Shown: positions 26,471 through 38,293, counted from the first letter of the stretch. The stretch: DNA of 64,000 nucleotides from an uncultured bacterium (GCA_903927265.1 CAIYMF010000102.1:47-64046), one strand, 5' to 3'. A program made the numbers and translations. The notes: generated from the sequence alone by a model not told the origin.

Positions 26471-27361
26471 TTCGGTGTCAGCAGTGATCGCAATAGACAA
26501 CGTCTGATCGCACGCCTCGGTGACAAGACGCGACAGTCCTTTACCCTCAGATCCCACCACAACGACGAGCGGACCGGCCGCCAAGTCGGCATCGAGTTCG
26601 GCGAGGTCGACATCACCGTCGGCATCGAGGCCGAGAACGAAGCAACCTGCCTTCTGGTACGCCTGCAGCGCGCGCGTGAGGTTGGTAGTGCGGGCAACCG
26701 GAACTCGGGCGGCAGCACCGGCCGACGTCTTCCAGGCGGAGGCAGTCATGCCAGCGCTTCGCCTCTCGGGCACCAGGACGCCGTGCGCGCCGAACGCAGC
26801 AGCCGAACGCACGATGGCGCCGAGATTGCGCGGATCGGTGACTCCGTCGAGGGCCACGATCAAGGGCGACTGCCCCGCATCAACGGCGCGCTCCAGGAGA
26901 TCGGCCGGCTCGGCGTACTGGTACGCCGGAATCTTCAGGGCCAGACCCTGGTGATTGGCACCTTCGCACAGTCGATCGAGGTCAGCGCGCGACGTCTCCA
27001 TGATCGCAAGGCCACGATTACCCGCAATACGCAAGGCCTCACGCACTCGATCGTCAGCGTCGATGTTGAGCGCCACATAGAGCGCAACAACAGGAATGCG
27101 GGCGTTAAGCGAATCGACCACCGAGTTGCGACCGACGACAAACTCAGCGGCGCGGTTGGTACGCCTCGGAGCGCGCGTTGGCGCTGCCTTCTCTGCACGC
27201 TTGGCAGCCTTGTGCGCCTTGTGCTTGGGCCGGTCTTGGGCTTTGGGTGTCGGGCCTCTGCCTTCGAGGGCCTGACGACGTTGACCACCGCTTCCGGCCG
27301 TGGGGCCTTTCTTCGATCCGGTCTTGCGCATGGCGCCCTTGCGCTGCGAGTTACCCGCCAT
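26408..27361 (-). CDS. rlmB: 23S rRNA (guanosine-2'-O)-methyltransferase RlmB (SpoU/TrmH family) with basic N-terminal extension
   Basis: The SpoU methylase C-terminus has LVVVVGSEGKGLSRLV and ESLNAGIAAGIALY. Position after cysS is conserved in actinobacteria. Confidence 0.85.
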   Translation of the reverse strand: MAGNSQRKGAMRKTGSKKGPTAGSGGQRRQALEGRGPTPKAQDRPKHKAHKAAKRAEKAAPTRAPRRTNRAAEFVVGRNSVVDSLNARIPVVALYVALNIDADDRVREALRIAGNRGLAIMETSRADLDRLCEGANHQGLALKIPAYQYAEPADLLERAVDAGQSPLIVALDGVTDPRNLGAIVRSAAAFGAHGVLVPERRSAGMTASAWKTSAGAAARVPVARTTNLTRALQAYQKAGCFVLGLDADGDVDLAELDADLAAGPLVVVVGSEGKGLSRLVTEACDQTLSIAITADTESLNAGIAAGIALYGISTLRV

Positions 27362-28776
27362 TAGAAACCGCCCTCAAGTGACCAGCGTGCTCCGCCGGGT
27401 GTGTCTTCGAGGGCGATACCCGCCTCGCGAAGTCGATCGCGAATTGCATCTGCTGCATCGAAATCGCGACGCTCACGGGCACTCGCCCGATCGCCGATCG
27501 CAACCTGCACCAGTGCATCCAGTGCGCCCAGCGCCCGCGCATCACCACCCGATGACTCGCGTGACGCCCACAGCTCAGCAAGCGGATCGACACCAAGTAC
27601 GTCAAGCATCGCTCGCACCGCACCCAGCACCCCGGCAATCGCTGAGCGGTCGGTGCCGTCAGCGAGCAACGTGTTGCCGTCGGTCACCATCTGGTGCAGC
27701 GATGCGAGTGCCGCTGGCACTCCGAGGTCATCATCCATGGCTGCAACGAAATCGGCACAGAGCATTCCGGTGCTCGGAGCATCGGCGCCCAGCACTTCGG
27801 TTGCACGACGCACGAAGTTCTCAAGTCGGCGGAAACCAGTGGCCGACTCTTCCAATGCCTCGAAGGAAAACTCGATCATCGATCGGTAGTGCGCTGAGGC
27901 GAGGTAGTAGCGCAGTTCGATGGGACGCACTCGCTTGACGACTTCGCGCACGAGCAGTGAGTTACCTAGCGACTTGCTCATTTTTTCGCCGCTGGTGGTG
28001 ACCCATGCGTTGTGCACCCAATAGCGAGCGAAACCATCACCGGCCGCGTGCGATTGGGCGATCTCGTTTTCGTGGTGGGGAAAAATCAGGTCGAGTCCGC
28101 CGCCGTGAATATCGAACTCAGGGCCGAGGTACTTGCCCGCCATGGCTGAGCACTCCAAGTGCCACCCGGGCCGACCGTCGCCCCACGGAGTTGGCCACGA
28201 GGGCTCGCCGGGCTTCGCCGACTTCCACAAGGCGAAGTCGCGCGGGTCGTGTTTGAGATCATCACCTTCAGAATCGCCAGCAGGCAACAGGTCGTCGACT
28301 TTCTGACCCGACAATGCGCCATAGTCAGGCAACGACCGCACGTCGAAGTACACGTCGCCGCCCGAGGCGTAGGCGTGACCGGAATCAATAAGCCGCTGCA
28401 TGAGCACGATCATTTCGGGAACGTGCCCCGTAGCCCGAGGCTCGATCGTGGGTGGCGTGCAACCCAGCACGTCGTAGGCCCAGGCAAATTCGCGTTCGTA
28501 CTGCATTGCCACCGCCCACCACGGACGCTCTTCATCGCGACCACGGGCAATGATCTTGTCGTCGATGTCGGTGACGTTGCGGCAGAAGGTCACCTCGTAG
28601 CCGCTGATACGCAGCCAGCGACCCAAGACGTCAAAGCACACGCCTGACCTGATGTGGCCTACGTGAGGCGCAGCCTGAACCGTCGCGCCGCACAGGTAGA
28701 GCGAGGCCTGGCCTTCGCGCAGAGGTACGAAATCACGCACCGATCTCGTGGCGGTGTCGTGCAGTCGGAGTGCCAC
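27361..28776 (-). CDS. cysS: cysteine--tRNA ligase
   Basis: [19 protein letters not shown] (HIGH), KMSKSLGN (KMSKS), and the Zn-site Cys/His context. Confidence 0.95.
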   Translation of the reverse strand: MALRLHDTATRSVRDFVPLREGQASLYLCGATVQAAPHVGHIRSGVCFDVLGRWLRISGYEVTFCRNVTDIDDKIIARGRDEERPWWAVAMQYEREFAWAYDVLGCTPPTIEPRATGHVPEMIVLMQRLIDSGHAYASGGDVYFDVRSLPDYGALSGQKVDDLLPAGDSEGDDLKHDPRDFALWKSAKPGEPSWPTPWGDGRPGWHLECSAMAGKYLGPEFDIHGGGLDLIFPHHENEIAQSHAAGDGFARYWVHNAWVTTSGEKMSKSLGNSLLVREVVKRVRPIELRYYLASAHYRSMIEFSFEALEESATGFRRLENFVRRATEVLGADAPSTGMLCADFVAAMDDDLGVPAALASLHQMVTDGNTLLADGTDRSAIAGVLGAVRAMLDVLGVDPLAELWASRESSGGDARALGALDALVQVAIGDRASARERRDFDAADAIRDRLREAGIALEDTPGGARWSLEGGF

Positions 28777-28862
28777 CGCGCTACCTCGTCACGAGGTGGG
28801 GGGCAGGAATTACAGCGGACATGTGCTCAGTCTAGTGGGCGAGGAAGCGTTGCTATTCCTCA

Positions 28863-29348
28863 CTACTCGCGGCCCACAAGCGCCGTTGCGACCGCGGCCA
28901 CACCCTCACGTCGCCCGAGGAAGCCGAGGTGGTCGGTCGTCGTCGCCGCCAGCGCGACCTGCACACCGCCCAATGCTGCTGAAAGAGCCGCCTGCGCCTC
29001 GTCGCGTCGAGCCGAGAGGCGCGGTACTTCGGCGACCACTTGAACGGCCACGCTCATGATGCGCCAGCCAGCCTCGGCGACCAATCGCGCGGTCTCACCG
29101 AGCAAGGCTGACCCTGACGCTCCCGCCCACTCGGGCCGATCGGTTCCAAAAACTACTCCCAGATCACCCAAGCCTGTCGCGGTCAGGAGGGCATCGCACA
29201 CCGCATGTGCCGCGACATCTGCGTCGGAGTGCCCCTCGGGGCCAACGCCAACCTCGGGCCATTCCAGACACGCGAGCACCATGGGACGGCCTTGCACCAA
29301 AGGATGCACATCGACACCGATTCCGGTGCGCAGTTCAGGCCATGACAC
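28863..29348 (-). CDS. ispF: 2-C-methyl-D-erythritol 2,4-cyclodiphosphate synthase
   Basis: GIGVDVHPL...[17 protein letters not shown] is the IspF signature. Confidence 0.9.
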   Translation of the reverse strand: MSWPELRTGIGVDVHPLVQGRPMVLACLEWPEVGVGPEGHSDADVAAHAVCDALLTATGLGDLGVVFGTDRPEWAGASGSALLGETARLVAEAGWRIMSVAVQVVAEVPRLSARRDEAQAALSAALGGVQVALAATTTDHLGFLGRREGVAAVATALVGRE

Positions 29349-30051
29349 CGGCAGACCTCCGTCGCGCCAGAACTGCCTCAGCGATCACTAAATCAAAGGG
29401 ACGAGTGACCTTGAACGCTTCCTCGTGGCCGGGCACGACGACCACCGTATGCCCGATGCGCTCAACGAGTCCCGCGTCGTCGGTGAGATCGTCAATTCCC
29501 TCAGCTGCCGCCTTCCGATGGGCCTCGACAAGTAGTTCGCGGTCGAACCCCTGGGGAGTCTGTACGGCCCGTAACACCGAGCGATCAATAGTGCGCACGA
29601 CCCGACCACCGGGATCGATTTCCTTGACGGTGTCGTAGACGGGCAACACTGGAATCACGGCACCTGCACCTGCGCGCACAGCCGACGTGACCGCGTCGAT
29701 GAGTTCTACCGGCACGAGCGGTCGGGCAGCGTCGTGCACGAGCACCACATCGACGGTGATGGGCAAGTGATCGAGCGCGAGTGCGACCGACTGTTGCCGT
29801 GACGAGCCGCCCGGCACGATGACGACATTCGCCATCGGAACGTGGTCGGCCAGCAAGAGACGCACTTCATCCACTCCGCCATCGTCAGGCGGAGCAGCAA
29901 CCACCACCAAGTCAACCGAACGCGCGGAAACCAGGGCGCGGACGGCGTGCACGAGGATGGGCAGGCCACCGAGATCGCGAAGCGCTTTGGGGGTTCCGGG
30001 GCCGAGCCGTTCACCGCGGCCGGCTGCAGGAACAACGGCAGCCGTGGTCAC
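29335..30051 (-). CDS. ispD: 2-C-methyl-D-erythritol 4-phosphate cytidylyltransferase
   Basis: [13 protein letters not shown]...[15 protein letters not shown], and VQTPQGF. Confidence 0.9.
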   Translation of the reverse strand: MTTAAVVPAAGRGERLGPGTPKALRDLGGLPILVHAVRALVSARSVDLVVVAAPPDDGGVDEVRLLLADHVPMANVVIVPGGSSRQQSVALALDHLPITVDVVLVHDAARPLVPVELIDAVTSAVRAGAGAVIPVLPVYDTVKEIDPGGRVVRTIDRSVLRAVQTPQGFDRELLVEAHRKAAAEGIDDLTDDAGLVERIGHTVVVVPGHEEAFKVTRPFDLVIAEAVLARRRSAGVMA

Positions 30052-30060
30052 TGATGAAAC

Positions 30061-30543
30061 CTAGGAAGCCAAAACCTCGTCGAGGATGGTCTCTGCCTTG
30101 TCCTCGTTGGTGTGCTCGGCAAGTGCCAGTTCAGAAACGAGAATCTGGCGGGCCTTGGAGAGCATGCGCTTCTCGCCGGCTGACAGTCCCCGCTCCTTAT
30201 CGCGGCGCCACAGGTCGCGCACCACTTCAGCAACCTTGATGACGTCACCAGAAGCAAGCTTCTCAAGATTCGCCTTGTATCGACGAGACCAGTTCGTGGG
30301 CTCCTCGGTATAGGGCTGACGCAGCACATCGAAAACCTTCTCAAGGCCTTCGGCATTGACCACGTCGCGGACACCGACGAGTTCAACATTGTCGGAGGGC
30401 ACCCGCACGGTGAGATCGCCTTGGGCGACCCGCAGTACGAGGTACTCCGTGTCGACTCCCTTGATGGACCGCATCTCTACGGCCTCAATTTTGGCTGCCC
30501 CGTGATGTGGGTAGACAACTGTCTCGCCAACCTTGAACGCCAT
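30061..30543 (-). CDS. carD: CarD family transcriptional regulator
   Basis: [23 protein letters not shown]...YLVLRV... is the RNAP-interacting Tudor-like domain. Confidence 0.9.
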   Translation of the reverse strand: MAFKVGETVVYPHHGAAKIEAVEMRSIKGVDTEYLVLRVAQGDLTVRVPSDNVELVGVRDVVNAEGLEKVFDVLRQPYTEEPTNWSRRYKANLEKLASGDVIKVAEVVRDLWRRDKERGLSAGEKRMLSKARQILVSELALAEHTNEDKAETILDEVLAS

Positions 30544-30670
30544 ATGAGATGACCCCTTTCCAGAAGATTCAGTTTATCACGGGAATCGGACGCCCCTCCC
30601 GCCGAGTTTCCCGGCGCGAAAAAGGCCCGGGGCCTCGGCACAGAGCGTGGGGATTCGATACCCTGCCTGC

Positions 30671-31210
30671 ATGACCCGTTCTGCTGTGGCCCGACCCTCA
30701 GTCCCCCGCCGCTCCCGCCGAGTGGCCGCTGGCCTACTCGCGGTGGCTGTCATCGGCAGTATGAGCGCCTGCGGCACCGGCAAGGACTGGGTCGAGGAAG
30801 GCCTGAACCCCTCTGGAAACGGGCAGTTTGTCACCGTCGGGACAATTCAGGCTCAGAACGTCACCTTGGTTCAGGGCCCGCAGGGCTCGAAGTCACTCAC
30901 CCTGGTCGCCCGCCTGTTCAACACCGGCACCACGCCCGACGCTCTCATCGGAGCCAGCATGGGCGCCACCCCGGGCACCGACGCGAAAATCACCAACAGT
31001 TCGGTACCGATCGCGCCCGGGCCCGACGCAGCGTCTGTGGGTTTCAACAGCACCAACTTCGTCAACTTCTACAGCGTCGATGTGCCCACGGCCACCTATG
31101 TGCCGGTCACTCTGAAGTTCAAGGACGCCGGACAGACCACTGTGCAGGTTCTCGTGGTGCCACCCGTTGGTTACTACGAGGGCATTGCGCCCACGCCGCC
31201 TACTGCGTAG
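30671..31210 (+). CDS. putative lipoprotein
   Basis: Signal plus lipobox (LLAVAVIGSMSAC|G). No catalytic motif recognised. Confidence 0.55.
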   Translation: MTRSAVARPSVPRRSRRVAAGLLAVAVIGSMSACGTGKDWVEEGLNPSGNGQFVTVGTIQAQNVTLVQGPQGSKSLTLVARLFNTGTTPDALIGASMGATPGTDAKITNSSVPIAPGPDAASVGFNSTNFVNFYSVDVPTATYVPVTLKFKDAGQTTVQVLVVPPVGYYEGIAPTPPTA

Positions 31211-31227
31211 CGTTTGCGCAGGTCAAA

Positions 31228-31911
31228 TCAACTATCGAATTTGTAACCCAACCCACGCACCGTCACGATGTGCACGGGGTTGGCTGGGTCGGACTCGATC
31301 TTGGATCGAAGTCGCTTCACGTGGACGTCAAGCGTCTTGGTGTCGCCTACATAGTCGCTACCCCACACGCGATCGATCAGCTGCGATCGAGTGAGCACGC
31401 GACCGACATTGCGCATCAGAAGTTCGAGCAGGTCGAATTCCTTCAGCGGCATCGCCACCGACTCGCCCCGAACAGCCACCACGTGGCGATCGACATCCAT
31501 GCGCACAGGTCCGGCTTCGATGATGGTGCTCATGAGTTCGCCCTCGTCATCACCTTGTCGACGCAATACCGCTCTGATGCGCGCAACAAGTTCGCGTGAC
31601 GAGAACGGCTTGGTGACGTAGTCATCAGCTCCAAGTTCGAGGCCAACAACCTTGTCGATCTCGCCATCCTTGGCTGACACCATGATGATCGGAACCGCTG
31701 ACTTCGCTCTCAGCGCACGACAGACCTCAGTTCCTGAGAGGCCGGGCAACATGATGTCGAGCAGCACGATGTCGGCCCCGTTGCGATCAAATTCTTCGAG
31801 TGCGACATTGCCATCGGCAGCGATGCCGACCTCAAAACCTTCCTTGCGAAGCATGAACGACAGTGCATCACTGAAGGACTCTTCGTCCTCCACAACGAGC
31901 ACACGGGTCAC
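31228..31911 (-). CDS. regX3: OmpR-family response regulator (RegX3/PhoP type)
   Basis: Receiver plus winged helix (LTRSQLIDRVWGSDYVGDTKTLDVHVKRLRSKIE). Paired with a SenX3-like kinase near gpmA/mshA, as in mycobacteria. Confidence 0.8.
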   Translation of the reverse strand: MTRVLVVEDEESFSDALSFMLRKEGFEVGIAADGNVALEEFDRNGADIVLLDIMLPGLSGTEVCRALRAKSAVPIIMVSAKDGEIDKVVGLELGADDYVTKPFSSRELVARIRAVLRRQGDDEGELMSTIIEAGPVRMDVDRHVVAVRGESVAMPLKEFDLLELLMRNVGRVLTRSQLIDRVWGSDYVGDTKTLDVHVKRLRSKIESDPANPVHIVTVRGLGYKFDS

Positions 31912-33137
31912 GATGCCGCCTCAATGGTTGGCTCAGTGTGCATGACACCCTCCTCGAGGGGGTTCGCGAGATGCGTCGATTCGTCTGTTTCGGGAACGAG
32001 CGACAGTGACGTCGGGTGCGCCGGAATGCGCATGGTGAACGTGGAACCTTCACCCGGAAGCGACCAGACACTAATACTTCCGCCGTGGTTGGTACACACG
32101 TGCTTAACGATGGCCAATCCTAGGCCAGTGCCTCCGGTGTCACGGGAGCGCGCCTGATCGACGCGGTAAAAGCGTTCGAAGATTCGTACTTGGTCCTCGA
32201 CGGCGATGCCGATTCCTTGGTCAGAGACGCTGATCTCGACCGTGCCGTCAAAGAGCCGAGTTCCGATGGCCACACGCGTGCTCTGAGGCGAATACTTGAT
32301 CGCATTGCCGATGAGATTGCGCAGCGCGGTCAGTAGGTGGTTCTCTTCACCAAACACCACAAGTCCCGCCGTGCCACCTCTGACCACATCAATCGCGCCC
32401 GCGTCGGCTGACATCCGCAACGAGTCGACGGCCTCCGCGATAACAGCATCGATCGACACCGGTCGCGCGTGTTCAAGTGGATCATCACCCTGAAGTCGCG
32501 AGAGGTCGACAATGTCGGCGACAAGAGCCGCGAGTCGCGCGGATTCAATGCGCATGCGACGCGCAAAATGAAGTACCTGCCCGGGATCATCGCTGGCCGC
32601 CTCAACCGCTTCGGCGAGCAAGCCCAGCGCGCCCACTGGAGTCTTGAGTTCATGGCTGACATTGGCGACGAAATCGCGGCGCACCGCTTCAATACGGCGC
32701 GATTCCGACAGGTCTTCGATGAGAACCAAGGTGATATCGGATGTGAGCGGAGCTACCCGAAAGCGCATATCTCTCGGCGAGCGTCCCGACGGTGACCGAT
32801 GGAGGTCGATATCGCGCTCCATTGAAATTCCGGTGCGGGCCACTTCACTGAGTAAGCGGGCCACCTCCCTGTTGCCAATTCGGTCGCCCACGACGACTCC
32901 GAGTGCCTGCGCCTCGGCGGTGGACTGCACCACCAAACCCGACGAATCGACCAGCACCGTACTCTGCGGCAACACCTCGAGCAGGGCTGTCAGACTACGA
33001 GGAATCGCCCCTGCGGAGCGGTCGATGACGGGTGCCGGAGGGTCAACGGATCGCCGACGCATCAGCAGGGCCAGGGTGCCGGCACCGAGTCCCGCTCCGA
33101 TGAGAAGGGCCACAAGGGCAACAATCCAAGAGCTCAC
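31908..33137 (-). CDS. senX3: sensor histidine kinase (SenX3 type: TM-PAS-HisKA-HATPase)
   Basis: FVANVSHELKTPVGAL is the H-box; GTGLGLAIVKH is the G2 box. Confidence 0.8.
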   Translation of the reverse strand: MSSWIVALVALLIGAGLGAGTLALLMRRRSVDPPAPVIDRSAGAIPRSLTALLEVLPQSTVLVDSSGLVVQSTAEAQALGVVVGDRIGNREVARLLSEVARTGISMERDIDLHRSPSGRSPRDMRFRVAPLTSDITLVLIEDLSESRRIEAVRRDFVANVSHELKTPVGALGLLAEAVEAASDDPGQVLHFARRMRIESARLAALVADIVDLSRLQGDDPLEHARPVSIDAVIAEAVDSLRMSADAGAIDVVRGGTAGLVVFGEENHLLTALRNLIGNAIKYSPQSTRVAIGTRLFDGTVEISVSDQGIGIAVEDQVRIFERFYRVDQARSRDTGGTGLGLAIVKHVCTNHGGSISVWSLPGEGSTFTMRIPAHPTSLSLVPETDESTHLANPLEEGVMHTEPTIEAAS

Positions 33138-33229
33138 AGCACAAGAATAGGAGCATTTTCAACGACCCAACGCCTGCGCCGTGCCGAAGGGCTGATCGTT
33201 AGGTCAGATTTCAGCGTGGGGAACTTGGT

Positions 33230-33262
33230 GTTCATCAATCTGTTGTGTCCCATTCATGTTGC
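33230..33262 (+). promoter_or_regulatory. candidate PHO box (three 11-nt direct repeat units) upstream of phoU
   Basis: GTTCATCAATC / TGTTGTGTCCC / ATTCATGTTGC are in 11-nt phase, about 40 nt upstream of ATG 33301. Confidence 0.35.
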
Positions 33263-33300
33263 GGTGTGCCTCCGGTACTCGACGGATCTATTGTGGAGGG

Positions 33301-33966
33301 ATGAGGGCTAACTACCGAGAGCAACTTGACACCATTTCGGCCGAACTCATTGAGATGAGTAACCTCGTGGGCACCGCGATGGCGCTTGCGACTCAGTCTC
33401 TCCTTGATGCAGATATCTCACTCGCAGAGCAGGTCATCAACAACGACGAGGCAGTCGATCACCTCAATCAAGAACTCGAGGACAAGTGCTTTAACGTCAC
33501 GGCACTCCAGCAACCGGTCGCCACTGATCTGCGCACCACGATGAGCGGGCTGCGCATCTCGGCCTCCCTCGAACGCATGGGTGACCTTGCCGCGCACGTG
33601 GCCAAGCAGGCGCGACTGCGTTACCCGAACCAGTCAGTTCCTGCCGAACTGCGTGCCACGTTCGCGCGGCTAGGAAGTTTGTGTCAGGAAGTGGTGGCCA
33701 AGGTCGCTGCGGTCATCGAGACCCGCGATGTCACCCTCGCCGCTGACATCCGGCGATACGACGACGAAATCGATCGACTCCACCGCGAACTCTTCACCGT
33801 GGTTCTTTCTCCCACCTGGAGTCACGGAGTTGAGGCTGCCATCGACGTCACGCTCCTGTCGCGCTACTACGAGCGATTCGCCGACCACGGAGTCACTATC
33901 TCCAGACGAGTCATTCACATCGTCACAGGCGAACCGTACGGCGAAATCGACATCGACCTCCTCTGA
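33301..33966 (+). CDS. phoU: phosphate signalling complex protein PhoU
   Basis: Two PhoU repeats (E.MGDLA.H.A / ERFADHG). Confidence 0.9.
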   Translation: MRANYREQLDTISAELIEMSNLVGTAMALATQSLLDADISLAEQVINNDEAVDHLNQELEDKCFNVTALQQPVATDLRTTMSGLRISASLERMGDLAAHVAKQARLRYPNQSVPAELRATFARLGSLCQEVVAKVAAVIETRDVTLAADIRRYDDEIDRLHRELFTVVLSPTWSHGVEAAIDVTLLSRYYERFADHGVTISRRVIHIVTGEPYGEIDIDLL

Positions 33967-34016
33967 ACCTCACTGCCACACCAGAGGGCAGGCTCAACGT
34001 CGCAGTTCACCGTGCG

Positions 34017-35318
34017 ATGGGGCACACTCAAGGCATGTCAGCGCGGCGGCTTCCCCATCGGGTTGCCCTGCTCTCAGTTCACACCTCCCCCCTCGATCAG
34101 CCTGGTACAGGTGACGCTGGCGGCCTGAACGTGTACGTCGTCGAGACCTCACGTCGCCTCGCGGAGGCAGGTGTTGAAGTCGAGATCTTCACCCGCGCAA
34201 CCTCAAGCGATCAGCCACTGACAGTCGAACTTCACCCGGGTGTGCTCGTGCGACACGTCACGGCCGGTCCCTTCGAGGGAATGCTGAAAGAGGATCTTCC
34301 CGCTCAACTGTGTGCGGTCACTGCGGGAGTGATGCGCACCGAAGCAAGTCGCGACGAGGGTTGGTATGACCTCGTGCACTCGCACTATTGGCTTTCGGGC
34401 CAAGTCGGGTGGCTCGCAGCTGATCGCTGGGATGTTCCGCTGGTGCACACGATGCACACCATGGCGCGAGTCAAGAACCTTTCTCTGGCCGCAGACGACA
34501 CCGCCGAACCTGAGTTACGCATCATCGGTGAACAGCAAGTTGTCGAAGCGGCCTCACGGCTGATCGCCAACACCGACACCGAAGCCGCCGAACTCATCAC
34601 GTTGTACGGCGCCGACCCCGAGCGCGTACGGGTCGTGCACCCCGGAGTTGATCTCGACCTTTTCCACCCCGGCGACAAGAGTGCGGCGCGGCGCGCACTC
34701 GATGTCGCCGACGACGCCGTTGTACTGCTGTTCGTGGGGCGTATCCAGCCGCTCAAAGCTCCTGATGTGCTGGTGCGAGCCGCTGCTGAAATGGTCAACT
34801 CCGACCCCGCACTGCGTGCCCGGCTACTGGTGGTCATCAACGGCGGTCCCTCCGGAAACGGAATGGCACGACCGGACGCTCTCGTGGAACTCGCGGCCGA
34901 ACTTGGAATTGCCGATCTCATGCGCTTCGAGCCTCCGAGCAATCGCGCACGACTCACCCAGTGGTACCGGGCCGCCGACCTGTCGGTTGTCCCCTCGTAT
35001 TCCGAATCCTTCGGGCTGGTCGCTATCGAGGCCCAAGCGTCAGGAACACCGGTGGTGGCCGCCGCAGTTGGCGGACTTCACACCGCTGTGGCCGACCAAA
35101 TCAGCGGAGTGCTTGTCGACGGACACGACCCGCGCGAATGGTCACATGTCCTTGCGCGCCTCGTGGCCGACCCCGACGAACTCGCGCGACTGTCACTCGG
35201 CGCACGTACGCATGCCGAAAACTTCGGTTGGCAGGCAACGACTGACAAGATGCTCGAGGTGTACGGCGAGGCCATGACCGCCTACCAACACTGGCGGCAT
35301 GTCGGAAGTACGCCATGA
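34017..35318 (+). CDS. mshA: D-inositol-3-phosphate glycosyltransferase (mycothiol biosynthesis)
   Basis: [26 protein letters not shown] is the MshA N-terminal signature. GT4 C-terminal half has [22 protein letters not shown]. Confidence 0.85.
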   Translation: MGHTQGMSARRLPHRVALLSVHTSPLDQPGTGDAGGLNVYVVETSRRLAEAGVEVEIFTRATSSDQPLTVELHPGVLVRHVTAGPFEGMLKEDLPAQLCAVTAGVMRTEASRDEGWYDLVHSHYWLSGQVGWLAADRWDVPLVHTMHTMARVKNLSLAADDTAEPELRIIGEQQVVEAASRLIANTDTEAAELITLYGADPERVRVVHPGVDLDLFHPGDKSAARRALDVADDAVVLLFVGRIQPLKAPDVLVRAAAEMVNSDPALRARLLVVINGGPSGNGMARPDALVELAAELGIADLMRFEPPSNRARLTQWYRAADLSVVPSYSESFGLVAIEAQASGTPVVAAAVGGLHTAVADQISGVLVDGHDPREWSHVLARLVADPDELARLSLGARTHAENFGWQATTDKMLEVYGEAMTAYQHWRHVGSTP

Positions 35319-35851
35319 CGGGCACGACGGGCAGTGCCGCAGACGCCGTTCGTGAATGGCTCGACGACTCGGGCCTCGAATGGGAACAGCCCTCACCTCA
35401 CGCCTTCGTCGTGGTGTTGCCGGGCGAACGCAAACAGCGCACCACCACCTCGATCACCATCGGAACTCACTACGTCACGATCCAGGCCTTCGTCGCGCGC
35501 CATCCAGATGAGAACGCCGACGGATTGCACAAGTGGTTGCTCGAGCGCAATCGCCGCATGTACGCCGTCGCCTACTGCATCGATCCACTTGGCGACATCT
35601 ATCTGTCCGGGCGCCTGCCCTTGAGTTCCATCACACCTGACGAACTAGATCGAATCCTGGGCTCAGTGCTCGACAACGCTGACGGTTCGTTCAACACCAT
35701 TCTTGAAATCGGCTTTTCGTCGGCTATTTCACGCGAGTGGGCCTGGCGACTCTCGCGAGGCGAACCCACCGGCAATCTGCAAGCGTTCCGTCACCTCGCC
35801 GATCCCGAAGCACTGCGAAGGTCAGAGGGTGGCAGCGAACCGGTCACCTGA
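35315..35851 (+). CDS. YbjN-domain protein
   Basis: Family-level pattern, plus the conserved position between mshA and gpmA. Confidence 0.6.
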   Translation: MTGTTGSAADAVREWLDDSGLEWEQPSPHAFVVVLPGERKQRTTTSITIGTHYVTIQAFVARHPDENADGLHKWLLERNRRMYAVAYCIDPLGDIYLSGRLPLSSITPDELDRILGSVLDNADGSFNTILEIGFSSAISREWAWRLSRGEPTGNLQAFRHLADPEALRRSEGGSEPVT

Positions 35852-35868
35852 TCGGGCAGGATGGACCT

Positions 35869-36627
35869 ATGAGCGATGCACCCCACACCCTGATCCTGCT
35901 CCGCCACGGCGAGAGCGAGTGGAACGCGATGAACCTGTTCACCGGCTGGGTCGATGTCGACCTCACGCCCAAGGGTGAAGGCGAAGCGCGACGAGGCGGA
36001 CAGTTGCTGGCCGAGAACGGCCTGCTTCCCGATGTCGTGCACACCTCGCTTCTTCGACGCGCGATTCGTACGGCGAACTTGGCCCTGGATGAGTGCGACC
36101 GCCACTGGATTCCCGTCGTGCGCAACTGGCGACTCAACGAGCGTCACTACGGAGCTCTGCAGGGAAAGAACAAGAAGCAGACACTTGACGAGTACGGCGA
36201 GGAACAGTTCATGCTGTGGCGTCGTTCGTACGACACGCCTCCCCCGCCCATCGATCCCGACGACGAGTGGGCGCAGACGTACGAAACGCGCTACGCACCG
36301 CTACCCCCTCAATCACGCCCCACCACTGAATGTCTCGCCGATGTCGTACGTCGCCTCATTCCGTATTGGGAAGACGTCATCGTGAGCGACAGCCTGCGAG
36401 CGGGTCGCACCACTCTGGTAGCCGCGCACGGCAACTCACTGCGCGCCCTCGTGAAGCACCTCGACGGAATCTCCGACGACGACATCGCAGGTCTGAACAT
36501 CCCCACCGGTATCCCGCTGGTCTACCGACTCGATGACTCCATGCGACCCCTCGTGCCCGGTGGCGAGTACCTCGACCCCGACGCTGCTGCGACCGCGTCC
36601 GCGGCCGTGGCCAACCAAGGACGCTGA
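35869..36627 (+). CDS. gpmA: 2,3-bisphosphoglycerate-dependent phosphoglycerate mutase
   Basis: [12 protein letters not shown] (RHG motif)...[11 protein letters not shown]...[10 protein letters not shown]. Confidence 0.9.
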   Translation: MSDAPHTLILLRHGESEWNAMNLFTGWVDVDLTPKGEGEARRGGQLLAENGLLPDVVHTSLLRRAIRTANLALDECDRHWIPVVRNWRLNERHYGALQGKNKKQTLDEYGEEQFMLWRRSYDTPPPPIDPDDEWAQTYETRYAPLPPQSRPTTECLADVVRRLIPYWEDVIVSDSLRAGRTTLVAAHGNSLRALVKHLDGISDDDIAGLNIPTGIPLVYRLDDSMRPLVPGGEYLDPDAAATASAAVANQGR

Positions 36628-37355
36628 TGTCGACCCAGCGACTCGAACTCGCTGACTCGTCACTGCGCGAGTGGGACGCCACCGTACTCGCAGCTTTCGG
36701 GCCTCCCGACGACGAGCCCGGCATCGTGCTCGACCGCTCAGCCTTCTACCCCGGCGGCGGCGGTCAACCGCCCGATCACGGAGTGCTGCTCTGGGGCGGA
36801 GTGCAAACGCGCATCGTCGGAGTTCGCCGCGGCAACGAACCGGTGCTCATCCCCGCCGAGGGAGACCCCATTCCCCCAGCCGGAACCACGGTGCGAGGCG
36901 CCATCGAAGACGAACGTCGAACCGCGCTCATGCGCACGCATTCGGCTCTCCACTTGCTCTCGGGCGTCGTGTTTCGAGATTTCGGCGCGCTGGTCACTGG
37001 GTCGAATATGGAACCGCTCGAAGGCCGACTCGATTTCAATCTCGAGTCAGTACCTGAGGGTTTCAAGGAAACGATTGAGGCAGCCTGCAACGCGGAGGTC
37101 GGGGCCGATCGCGCGATCGAGGCCTACGAACTCAGTCGCGAAGAAGCGTTCGCAATTCCCGACGTCATTCGCACGGCGACCAACCTGCTGCCACCCGAAA
37201 TCGAAATCGTGCGCATCGTCGACATCCGCGGACTTGATGTTCAGGCAGACGGCGGAACACATGTGGCCGCGACGGCGATGATTGGCGAGATGCGCGTGGT
37301 CAAGGTCGAGAACAAGGGCAAGGGCTTTCGACGCGTTCGCATCGTCCTGGGCTGA
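36627..37355 (+). CDS. AlaX-type alanyl-tRNA editing protein
   Basis: The HSALHLLSGV (HxxxH) motif and the ...ADGGTHV motif of the tRNA_SAD editing domain. Confidence 0.75.
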   Translation: MSTQRLELADSSLREWDATVLAAFGPPDDEPGIVLDRSAFYPGGGGQPPDHGVLLWGGVQTRIVGVRRGNEPVLIPAEGDPIPPAGTTVRGAIEDERRTALMRTHSALHLLSGVVFRDFGALVTGSNMEPLEGRLDFNLESVPEGFKETIEAACNAEVGADRAIEAYELSREEAFAIPDVIRTATNLLPPEIEIVRIVDIRGLDVQADGGTHVAATAMIGEMRVVKVENKGKGFRRVRIVLG

Positions 37356-37368
37356 TCGTTGAGCGCAC

Positions 37369-37656
37369 TCAGCGCTTGCCCGTGATTGCGCGGATCTTGG
37401 GCCGCACATCAACGAGGTACATCAGCACCGCAACTGCAGCGAAGAGCCCGAAAAGTCCGAGCACCCCGAAACCCACTCCGATCACCAGAAAACACAGTCC
37501 CAAGATGATGAGCCAGAACACCTTCGTCTGGCGATCGATGGCTGGGAAGGCCTGACTGGGTCGGATGGCGGCGTCGATGAAGCAGATCAAAGCACTGACC
37601 GCGATCAACAGGTTCAGGCCCGAAACGAGGGTGGCGATCAGCGGTGGCATGCGCAC
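37369..37656 (-). CDS. DUF2516-like small membrane protein
   Basis: 95 aa with 3 TM segments. The FIDAAIRPSQAFPAIDRQTK pattern fits. Confidence 0.55.
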   Translation of the reverse strand: MRMPPLIATLVSGLNLLIAVSALICFIDAAIRPSQAFPAIDRQTKVFWLIILGLCFLVIGVGFGVLGLFGLFAAVAVLMYLVDVRPKIRAITGKR

Positions 37657-37700
37657 AGCCTAGGCGACGGTCGTGTGCGCAGCTGTCGGCAGACATGAAA

Positions 37701-37733
37701 CTGGCCCGCCCGCGGATCGCGCGGACGGGCCAG
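37701..37733 (-). terminator. GC-rich stem-loop after the Lys-rich protein gene
   Basis: CTGGCCCGCCCGCG-gatcg-CGCGGACGGGCCAG (13/14 pairing). On the minus strand it is followed by TTTCATG. Confidence 0.5.
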
Positions 37734-37753
37734 TAGGTCAGGCGATGAGGCGA

Positions 37754-38293
37754 TCAGACGCCAACGGCCTCACGCACGAGGGTGACACCGTGGTTGACCG
37801 AGGAGTACGCCTCGGAACCACGCTTGGCCAGATCGGTCGCCACGTCGGTGGCAAACTCGGTGACGATGCCCGATGCCTTCGCCGGCAACGCAACCACGTC
37901 AGCGAACACCTTGTGCATGTCGAATTCGGCAACGGCCTTCTGAACATCAAAGCCGGGAATCTCCACTGCCGGGAGGTTGAGTTCGCGCAGATCAAGCTTG
38001 CCGAGGTCTTCTACCAGGGAAGCGATGAACGACGGAGCGGCAGCGACAACGGCCGGGGCGGCCGCCAACGTGCGGTTGCCCGTGAGTCTGCGTGCGCCTG
38101 AGGGCTTGGCAGCAACCGGCTTGCGCGCGGACGAAGTCGCAGGTGTGACCTTCTTCGCCGTGGTCTTACGGGCGGTGGTCTTCTTGGGGGCTGCCTTCTT
38201 CGCCGTGGTCGTGCGCACGGTCGTCTTCTTCACAGGAGCCTTCTTCGCCGTCGTCTTACGCGCGGCGGTCTTCTTGGTGGTCGTGGTAGCCAT
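37754..38293 (-). CDS. basic protein with N-terminal KKTTA-type Lys/Thr/Ala repeats (HbhA/histone-H1-tail-like)
   Basis: MATTTTKKTAARKTTAKKAPVKKTTVRTTTAKKAAPKKTTARKTTAKK... precedes an acidic helical C-terminal domain. AAGGA lies 6 nt before ATG 38293. The neighbouring XRE gene mirrors the Rv0474/hbhA neighbourhood, as recalled. Confidence 0.6.
   Translation of the reverse strand: MATTTTKKTAARKTTAKKAPVKKTTVRTTTAKKAAPKKTTARKTTAKKVTPATSSARKPVAAKPSGARRLTGNRTLAAAPAVVAAAPSFIASLVEDLGKLDLRELNLPAVEIPGFDVQKAVAEFDMHKVFADVVALPAKASGIVTEFATDVATDLAKRGSEAYSSVNHGVTLVREAVGV

Noticed and set aside
38150-38290. Short periodic DNA repeats (ccttcttcgccgtNgtc...) that could look like a CRISPR or tandem-repeat array
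   Set aside because: They are the coding sequence of the KKTTA(R/K)K low-complexity N-terminus of the basic protein on the minus strand. The period is irregular and there are no spacer-like unique segments.
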